DNA from: Candidatus Andersenbacteria bacterium RIFCSPHIGHO2_02_FULL_46_16 | GTDB taxonomy: Bacteria > Patescibacteriota > Andersenbacteria > UBA10190 | Direction: 5' to 3' | Assembly (NCBI GenBank): GCA_001817065.1 | Contig: MHHQ01000009.1 | Span: 16,211-80,210 of the forward strand | Length of the DNA stretch: 64,000 nucleotides | Part shown: positions 56,972-64,000 of the stretch, in pieces | Layout of the letters: each line of letters opens with the position of its first letter | Position numbering within the stretch: the stretch's first letter is position 1 | Made by a program: the position numbers and the translations under genes | Notes under the pieces: generated by a model | Seen by the model: the letters and a program-made list of their open reading frames with translations, nothing else | Database searches by the model: none | Told to the model about the DNA's origin: nothing

Positions 56972-58510
56972 ATGGGGCACCTAGCGCAACTTTATGAATG
57001 GCGAAACTGGTCAAGCAAGACTTGGCTAGTTTTAATTTTGCTGACAGCCAGCGTGGTTACCCATTTTATCTGGTTTGGTTATCCTACGCAGGTAGTGTTT
57101 GATGAGGTGCATTTTGGTAAGTTTGTGACGGCATATTGCTGCACCCACCAACGTTTTTTTGACATTCATCCCCCCCACGCCAAGTTGTTAATCGCTGGTA
57201 CGGCATATGCCTTAGGCTATCGGGGCGGGGTAAGTTTTGAGAATATAGGTCAAGACTTTGGCAGTGTGAGTACGTGGCCACTGCGCGTTTTTCCGGCAAT
57301 AACTGGAGTGCTGTTACCGCTGGTTATATATGCATTACTTAGGCAATTAAAGGCGTCAGCCGCAGCGGCGTTTTTTGGCGGCATGCTGGTTGTGTTGGAT
57401 AATGCGTTAACGGTGCAGACAAGGATGATCGCTTTAGACGGTTTATTACTAGTGTCAACCTTTGGAGCGCTGGCGGTATATTTAGCAGCGAGAAAAGAGA
57501 TGCAGCAGTACAGAGAGTCCCCAGATCAGAATGGAGGACAAAGCAACTGGTGGAGTAGGTTGACTGGCGGGATCAGGATGCGACGAGAGGGGTGGATGTT
57601 TGGTCTAGCGGGGGGTCTGGCTGGTTTAGCGGTGGGTACCAAGTTTACAGGGCTCACAGCCGGTGGATTGTTAGTGCTATTGTTGGGTGCGTGGCTGGTG
57701 CAGATTAGATCATGGGGGGAAATTAAGCGGTGGAGGACAGCGGTGGTGTTTATAGTACTGGCGGCGATCGTGGTGTATGGGTTGGGCTGGATGATACATT
57801 TTATGATTTTAACGGAAGCAGGGGACGGGGACTTGTGGCGCAAACCACAATGGGAACAACCGATCATGGCTAGTTTTTGGCGGGAGACAAAAGCTATACA
57901 CAAATTAATGTATGACGCTAATAGTGGATTAAAAGCGGAACACCATGATGCCAGCCATTGGTGGTCTTGGCCTTTAGTACAGACCCCGGTATTTTATTGG
58001 CAATTGAGTCAGAACGAAGGAGGGGTAAGTCGATCGGGATCGATCTACTTCCTGCCAAATCCGATTTTGTGGTGGGGTACATCCGCCGTGTTTGCGGTAA
58101 TACTTTTATCGATGCTGATAACGGGGGTAAACAATTTAGTCAGATGGCATGGCGGGTGGCAAAAGAGAGTCGGGCGAATGAGGCAGCAGTGGCAACAGTC
58201 GTTCTTGAAACAAGCATGGTTACCGTTAATGGGCTATGCAGCATCATATATACCATTAATGAAAGTGACGAGAGTGTTATTTCTTTATCACTATCTGACA
58301 CCATGGTTGTTTTCACTATTGGTGGTGGTGTTGTGGTTAGAACGAATAGGCTGGATTGCACGGGAGGAGATAGTTGATCAGCCAAAGAGGTATTGGTTGG
58401 TACTAGCCATTATCCTTGGTGCCTTTATATTTTTTAGTCCACTGACATACGGATTTCTATTGTCGGAAGTGAGCCGGAGCTGGCTATTTTGGTTTAAGAC
58501 ATGGTTGTAA
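56972..58510 (+). CDS. Protein O-mannosyltransferase (GT39/PMT family)
   Basis: VVFDEVHF, FFDIHPP, TKFTG, HHDASHWWSWPL, RVLFLYHY. Confidence 0.88.
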   Translation: MGHLAQLYEWRNWSSKTWLVLILLTASVVTHFIWFGYPTQVVFDEVHFGKFVTAYCCTHQRFFDIHPPHAKLLIAGTAYALGYRGGVSFENIGQDFGSVSTWPLRVFPAITGVLLPLVIYALLRQLKASAAAAFFGGMLVVLDNALTVQTRMIALDGLLLVSTFGALAVYLAARKEMQQYRESPDQNGGQSNWWSRLTGGIRMRREGWMFGLAGGLAGLAVGTKFTGLTAGGLLVLLLGAWLVQIRSWGEIKRWRTAVVFIVLAAIVVYGLGWMIHFMILTEAGDGDLWRKPQWEQPIMASFWRETKAIHKLMYDANSGLKAEHHDASHWWSWPLVQTPVFYWQLSQNEGGVSRSGSIYFLPNPILWWGTSAVFAVILLSMLITGVNNLVRWHGGWQKRVGRMRQQWQQSFLKQAWLPLMGYAASYIPLMKVTRVLFLYHYLTPWLFSLLVVVLWLERIGWIAREEIVDQPKRYWLVLAIILGAFIFFSPLTYGFLLSEVSRSWLFWFKTWL

Positions 58511-58782
58511 AGATGAAACATACTCAAAACACCCTCCTACGCTAAAGCTACGGATGGGCAGGCAAAGCATAAAACTCAGACAAAGCACAGGTTATTATAA
58601 ACTTTCCAAACCATAACAAATCGGTAACAAACTTAACAAACAACAGACACGAAAATTTCAAGGTCCATCCTGCCTAAAAGCTTCTGACGGGATCCCCTCA
58701 GGACAATTATTAAATAATGACCACTGACCTTGCCTTCCCGTAAGCCGTGGGGGTAAGGTAGGCGATGTGATATTATTAAGGG

Positions 58783-60171
58783 ATGAATAAGAGGAGGACA
58801 GACGGGTGGAGCAAGGGTGGCGGCGTGTTGGTGATGACACTGGTGTTTGTGAGCATGTTCTTAGTGATTTTTATTGGTATCTCTGGCATGGTGAGCCGGA
58901 CTTATCATGAAACGGTTCTCCAGGCGCATGACGAATTGGCTTTTCAGGTGGCCGAGGCGGGACTAAATTATGCACGATGGAGATTGGCTCATAATGGTGA
59001 TGATTTAGCAGCGGCGGAGGGCGTGTTAACAGATCAGTTAGCGGGTGATTTGGGTGAGTATGAATTGACGTTTGCGCAATCGCAGCCAGGCAATTCGGTA
59101 ATCAGAATAACTTCAGTAGGAACCACCTTAAGCCAACCGATGAGGCAAGTGACCTTGAATGCATTATACGGAAAGCCTTCCTTGGCGCGTTATGCTTCCA
59201 TTACTAACAATGATGTTTGGTACGGAGGAACCATTTCTGGTCCGGTTCATGCTAATGGGGGCATTAGAATGGACGGACAGTCAGATAGTTTAATGACCTC
59301 AGCTAAAGAAACCTATGCCTGCCAGCCTTACCATGGATGTTCATCGCCTTATCAAACTAAGCCGGGTATTTGGGGGACGGGTGAAATACAAGAACTGTGG
59401 GAATGGCCAGTAACCAATGTGGACTACGCTTCGATTACCCTAGATTTATTGGATATGCGTGCGGCCGCTGATGAAACCGATACGCACTATGGGTCATCCG
59501 GTGGCTTTGGTTATCAGATAGAGTTTGCCAGTAATAATACTTACTCCATTTACAAGGTGACGAAGAGAGGATCAAATATTTGGTCCTGGACTCATGAAAC
59601 GGATTGGCAATATACGTCGCATGATGTGGGTAGTAAAACATTAATTGAAACAAGGGCAGTGCCGTCAGGTGGAGTGATTTATTTAGACGATAGGACTTGG
59701 GTAAAAGGAGATATTCGTGATCGGGTGACGGTGGCGGCTGGTGTTTCTCCGGCAACCCCGTCTACCAATGTTGATATCATAGTCAATGGAAATATCAGTT
59801 ATGGCGATGTGCATGATGGGACACGGGCTTTTGCTGCTGTAGCGCAACGGCATATTCAAATTCCTTGGTCTGGTGTACCTGATAATATGCGTATGGATGG
59901 AGCATTTGTTGCCCAGAACGGATCGTTTCATCGGCGATATTATCCGAATTGCTGTGGGGCACAAGCCCATCGTCTAAAGACAAGCTTAACGCGGTTTGGC
60001 ATGGTGGCAAGTAACGGGGTGCCGGCCACGGCGTGGCTCGAGAACGGCAATATAGTTAGCGGTTTTAGATCGGGCCAGGCTACTTATGATGCCAACCTAC
60101 TTTATGGTCCACCACCTTATTTTCCGGCCAACAGCCAATATGAATTAATCTCTTGGGAGGAGGACCAGTAG
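58783..60171 (+). CDS. PilX-like minor pilin with C-terminal beta-helix-like domain
   Basis: G|VLVMTLVF without E5; AFQVAEAG; GPVHANGGI; YDANLLYGPPPYFP. Confidence 0.8.
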   Translation: MNKRRTDGWSKGGGVLVMTLVFVSMFLVIFIGISGMVSRTYHETVLQAHDELAFQVAEAGLNYARWRLAHNGDDLAAAEGVLTDQLAGDLGEYELTFAQSQPGNSVIRITSVGTTLSQPMRQVTLNALYGKPSLARYASITNNDVWYGGTISGPVHANGGIRMDGQSDSLMTSAKETYACQPYHGCSSPYQTKPGIWGTGEIQELWEWPVTNVDYASITLDLLDMRAAADETDTHYGSSGGFGYQIEFASNNTYSIYKVTKRGSNIWSWTHETDWQYTSHDVGSKTLIETRAVPSGGVIYLDDRTWVKGDIRDRVTVAAGVSPATPSTNVDIIVNGNISYGDVHDGTRAFAAVAQRHIQIPWSGVPDNMRMDGAFVAQNGSFHRRYYPNCCGAQAHRLKTSLTRFGMVASNGVPATAWLENGNIVSGFRSGQATYDANLLYGPPPYFPANSQYELISWEEDQ

Positions 60172-60195
60172 GCGGTAAGACATTAAATTAGGTAA

Positions 60196-60372
60196 GTCAC
60201 CATCCGTAAATAACTTAACCATTTCTCGCCCACTATGCGCCAATCTACGACTTTTCTTCAATCGCGAACCACTCACCGTAGCTTGGCTACGGCTCCTGGT
60301 TCGCTCAATTGGAAAAGCCGTATCTCGACGCATATTGAACGAGATCTGGCCAAGTTATTTTTGGATGGCGCC
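60196..60372 (-). mobile_element. 177-bp fold-back MITE (family B), inverted copy
   Basis: taa|gtcaccatcc...ggatggcgcc|taa; one mismatch seen versus 41813-41989. Confidence 0.88.
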
Positions 60373-60514
60373 TAAGGAAAAAAGTGAATTATGCGACCCA
60401 ATTTTGAAGCGAGGAGGTGGGTTTGGGATAATTCAGAAAAATGGATGAACGAGGTATAGTTAAGAGTGAGTTTAATTATTTTCTTATTATGGGAAGGGAT
60501 GAAAGGAATAAATT

Positions 60515-61543
60515 ATGATAGGCATTGATATCTCAGACGGGTCAATCAAATTAGTACAACGATCAAAGACGGAAGGGGATATGTTGCAGTCTTTTTGTTG
60601 GCGGGTGATTGAAGAAGGAGTGATAGAACGAGGTGTTATTGTTGAACCTAAGAAGCTTCGCCAAGCGATTGTGCAAACTTTTGAACAATGCCATCTTGAA
60701 GTAAATACAGATGATGCGGTGGTGGCATCAATTCCAGAGACACAGTCTTTTCTGCGTGTCATTGAGGTGCCGGATATGACGGACGAAGAAACGGACGAAG
60801 GAGTGCGCTGGGAAGTAGCCCAGCATATCCCCTTTGGCTTGGAAAATGTTTATATTGACTGGCAACCCATTCCCCGTGGTCACCAGGCGGCGAAGGGGAT
60901 TAGAGAGGTGCTGGTTGGCGCTGCCCAGAAAAAGGTAGTTGATCCGTTGTTGGCAGTATTGAAGGATCTGGACTTGGATGTGGCGGCGCTGGAGTTGGAA
61001 AGCCAGGCAATTGTTCGTGCTTTAATATCACCGGAACTGCAGAACAAACAAGGTATGCTGATAGTCGATTTAGGTGGCAGTGCGACGAATGTCATTATTC
61101 ATGATCATGGAGCGATGAGATTTACGGCTAGTTTGCAGCACGGGGTAAGAAGAATAGCTGAAACATTGTCGCATAAAGACAAGGAAGAATTACTAGTGCC
61201 CACCACCACAGATATACCGACAGAATCGGCTAATCGGATCGCGGAAGCAATGCGACCAGCACAAGAGGAATTAGTGATGGAGATTAAAGGAATTGTAGAA
61301 TTTTATAACGGAATCGATGACAAACATGAGGTGACGGAAATATTATTGACTGGCGGTGGATCTAACTACCCGGGTCTGGATCGAGTGGTCGCCAAGTATT
61401 TTGATGATGTGCATGTACAGCGAGGCAATCCCTGGGTGAATTTGTTACCGCACAACCAGATGAGCAAGGCGCCTATGTCACTCAAAGAGTCGGTGCATTT
61501 TTCCACGGCGATTGGTTTGGCATTAAGAAAGATAGACGCATGA
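60515..61543 (+). CDS. pilM: Type IV pilus assembly protein PilM
   Basis: IGIDISDGSIK, VDLGGSAT, LLTGGGS, AIGLALR. Confidence 0.9.
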   Translation: MIGIDISDGSIKLVQRSKTEGDMLQSFCWRVIEEGVIERGVIVEPKKLRQAIVQTFEQCHLEVNTDDAVVASIPETQSFLRVIEVPDMTDEETDEGVRWEVAQHIPFGLENVYIDWQPIPRGHQAAKGIREVLVGAAQKKVVDPLLAVLKDLDLDVAALELESQAIVRALISPELQNKQGMLIVDLGGSATNVIIHDHGAMRFTASLQHGVRRIAETLSHKDKEELLVPTTTDIPTESANRIAEAMRPAQEELVMEIKGIVEFYNGIDDKHEVTEILLTGGGSNYPGLDRVVAKYFDDVHVQRGNPWVNLLPHNQMSKAPMSLKESVHFSTAIGLALRKIDA

Positions 61544-62073
61544 AGGACGACATAAATCTCTTACCAAAACAGCTTGTAGTAGGTCGAGAAAGACGAGCAT
61601 ATTTGTTCGGATTTGGTCGTTTGCTCCAGCGAGTAGCCTTTTTACTAGCGGCTATTATTTTGGGAGAGGCGATAATTTATGGCGCTTATTATTATTTCGA
61701 TTATACGTTAGAAAAGAGCTGGAACTCGCAGGTACAAAGTATGAGCGCTACTTTGGAAACACAGAATATGAATGATTTATTGACGTTGGTGGACACTACA
61801 CGGAAACAGTTTGTGAGCTGGTCTTTGTATAGTGAAGAGGTGCTAAATAGTGCGCCGAGAGAAATCACTATTAGTAGATTGGAAGTAAAGGAAAATCTAG
61901 GTGTTTTAGAGATTGATGGTTATACCAGCCGGCGGTCGTCTGTGTTGGAGTATAAAAATATTTTAGCTGGGTTGAGCTGGGTCGACCAGGTGGAAGCACC
62001 GCTGCAGAATTATGCAATTGGGCCTGATTCTGGTTTTTCGCTTAGCTTAGTTGTTGATGAAGGAAAACAATGA
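61540..62073 (+). CDS. pilN: PilN-like alignment protein
   Basis: INLLP N-terminal motif, single TM, follows pilM. Confidence 0.75.
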   Translation: MKDDINLLPKQLVVGRERRAYLFGFGRLLQRVAFLLAAIILGEAIIYGAYYYFDYTLEKSWNSQVQSMSATLETQNMNDLLTLVDTTRKQFVSWSLYSEEVLNSAPREITISRLEVKENLGVLEIDGYTSRRSSVLEYKNILAGLSWVDQVEAPLQNYAIGPDSGFSLSLVVDEGKQ

Positions 62074-62714
62074 AATCATTGCGCTTGAAAAAACTAATTA
62101 TTACCCGGGCGATTGGGATCTTCATTGTAATTTTGTTGATAGCGCTGGTAATATATGCGGCTAAATTAGTGCAGGGGGTGAGGATTCGATTAATGGAGCG
62201 ACAAATAAAAATGGAAGAGAGTCTGGATGAGGCAGTGCATCGGGCAGTGGTGGCGGATACGTTAGTGCAATATGAAAAAGAGATGAAGCGCGTGAGAGGT
62301 ATTGTTCCCTGGCGTGATGAAATTGGACAGGTGGTCGAGACAGTAGATGGCGAAGCAAAACGTTGGGACGTCGCTGTACTGGTGCCGAAAATTAGCGAAG
62401 AGCCAATATACGATGAGAGTGGCATGGTTATTGCGCAAACTGGGCCGACTCGCTTGATTCGTTTAACGGTTGAAGCAGCTGGTGGTCCATGGGCATTGAT
62501 TAATTTGTTACATAGCCTGGAAAGCTTGCCTTACTTAATGAGCCCGGTGTCATATGTGCTTGATAACGAAGCAGATGAGATAAATGCGTTTGGTGCAACA
62601 GCTTTGGCACCAGCTTTACCACTCTCCAAAGACACAGTGAAAACAATGCCGGTGCAGCTGGCTATATTGAAAGCAGATTTTTTACTAACCATCAGAGTTG
62701 AGGAGGGTAAATAA
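62070..62714 (+). CDS. PilO-like alignment protein
   Basis: TM plus coiled coil, LHSLESLPYL, synteny. Confidence 0.6.
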   Translation: MKSLRLKKLIITRAIGIFIVILLIALVIYAAKLVQGVRIRLMERQIKMEESLDEAVHRAVVADTLVQYEKEMKRVRGIVPWRDEIGQVVETVDGEAKRWDVAVLVPKISEEPIYDESGMVIAQTGPTRLIRLTVEAAGGPWALINLLHSLESLPYLMSPVSYVLDNEADEINAFGATALAPALPLSKDTVKTMPVQLAILKADFLLTIRVEEGK

Positions 62715-62715
62715 A

Positions 62716-63069
62716 ATGATTAATATTAACTGGCAAAATCTACGTAGTGCAATCGAAAAGAAAAACTGGTATCTAATAGGTAGCCGTTTGCGGGTATTGA
62801 TACACCAAATGCCGCGAGCCTTGTTTATTAGGCATAGCCACATTATAGACATAATAGCAGTGGGGATTGGGTTACTGGTGGCGATATATTTAGTGCTGGT
62901 ACTGGTGTTTAGGCCACCGGTGGCGGTTAACACGCAACCAGTGCAGACTGGGGATTTATCCGTTGACGTGTTAAGAAACTTGAATAACTGGGTGGCTGAC
63001 CGTCAGAGAGAGAAAGAACGGCGAATAGAGTTGAACAGAATTGACATCTTTAAGTTACCAAGTAATTAA
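62716..63069 (+). CDS. Single-TM pilus-associated protein (PilP position)
   Basis: Synteny and one TM. Confidence 0.5.
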   Translation: MININWQNLRSAIEKKNWYLIGSRLRVLIHQMPRALFIRHSHIIDIIAVGIGLLVAIYLVLVLVFRPPVAVNTQPVQTGDLSVDVLRNLNNWVADRQREKERRIELNRIDIFKLPSN

Positions 63070-63078
63070 ACAAGGTAT

Positions 63079-64000
63079 ATGATAGGGATAGATTTATCTG
63101 ACCGATCGATAAAAATTGTCGAAATTAGAGGCGATGACAATCCAACTTTGCGAACTTTATGTTGGTCACCTTTGGTGCCAAACTTACTGAGACGCGGGGT
63201 AGTGCAGGATGTTGCTTTAGTTTCCGAGGCCCTTAAAGAGGCAATGTTGAAATGTTCGCCGACGCCGGTCGAGGGTGGTGATGTAGTAGCCTCTATTCCG
63301 GAAGTACAGTCTTTTGTCAGGGTGTTAGAGGTGCCTGTGATGTCGGAACGGGAAATGGACGAGGCAGTGCAATGGGCTGTCAGGCGCCATATTCCATTTG
63401 ATTTGGACCGAGTTTACATTGATTGGGAAGAGTTAGAGTTAGCCTCAGGACAACCGCAACATAAGCAGGTATTAGTTGGCGCAGCACAGCGTGATGTGGT
63501 TGATCCGCTACTGACAGTATTGGATAGTTTAGGATTTAATGTGGTGGCATTGGAGTTGGAGGCGCAAGCGGTTATGCGGTGCTTGTTACCCAGGGACATT
63601 AAGGAAAACAGGGATATTCGAGGAGTGCTGGTCATTGATCTAGGGGCGACTTCCACCAACGTAATTTTGTTTGATCAAGGGGCGATGCGATTTACGGCCA
63701 GTATTCAAGTAGGTGGGGATGATCTGACGCAACAACTAGCCCATGATATGAATCTTAGCCCCGTTGAGGCGATGGAGATAAAGGCTAAAGTTGGAGCAGG
63801 ATTTACTAAAGAAAATCCGGCAGCGGCACAAGCATTAGAGAGTGCGACATTAAATTTAGCCCGTATGGTGGAACGAGCAGTTCAGGAAATGACCGTACAG
63901 TTACCGCGGGAACAACGGGTGAGAACAATATTACTAACGGGGGGGAATGCTAATCTGGTTGGTATAAAAGAGCTGTTCGGCAGTGTTTTTACTAATATAC
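63079..64000 (+). CDS. pilM: Second PilM paralogue, runs off window end
   Basis: MIGIDLSDRSIKIVE, SIPEVQSFVRV, IDLGATSTN, LLTGG; open to window end. Confidence 0.88.
   Translation, partial: MIGIDLSDRSIKIVEIRGDDNPTLRTLCWSPLVPNLLRRGVVQDVALVSEALKEAMLKCSPTPVEGGDVVASIPEVQSFVRVLEVPVMSEREMDEAVQWAVRRHIPFDLDRVYIDWEELELASGQPQHKQVLVGAAQRDVVDPLLTVLDSLGFNVVALELEAQAVMRCLLPRDIKENRDIRGVLVIDLGATSTNVILFDQGAMRFTASIQVGGDDLTQQLAHDMNLSPVEAMEIKAKVGAGFTKENPAAAQALESATLNLARMVERAVQEMTVQLPREQRVRTILLTGGNANLVGIKELFGSVFTNI

Overview
A 64 kb bacterial chromosome segment with mostly G-rich + strand coding. It is probably Patescibacteria/CPR (Parcubacteria-like), inferred from the type IV pilus locus, the KQQRRP EF-P loop, the reduced Lgt and the intergenic repeat style. 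It contains a redox/disulfide cluster (ArsR, glutaredoxin, two DsbA, VKOR), split znuA / znuCB genes, a UvrD-PD(D/E)XK helicase-nuclease, a nonulosonic-acid cluster (NeuB-TIM fusion, methyltransferase, SDR, AKR, MITE-disrupted YhcH, NeuA), efp, an ABC-2 exporter, an alternative sigma70, two glycoside hydrolases, a folC/thyA/folA/glyA cluster and pepA. It ends in a ~17.5 kb type IV pilus locus. The most striking feature is a second set of minor pilins carrying very large Cys-rich and Asp-rich repeat domains. With a protein O-mannosyltransferase, it sits inside the ordinary pilV-pilW-pilX set and is followed by two pilM paralogues. The intergenic DNA holds at least four families of non-autonomous mobile elements with readable ends or target duplications (IS200/IS605-like with a possible omegaRNA, TA-duplicating, TAA-duplicating fold-back, 10-bp TSD). 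It also holds nested micro-palindromes and several unannotated small ORFs. No transposase, rRNA, tRNA or CRISPR array was seen. All calls come from reading the sequence by eye, without database searches.
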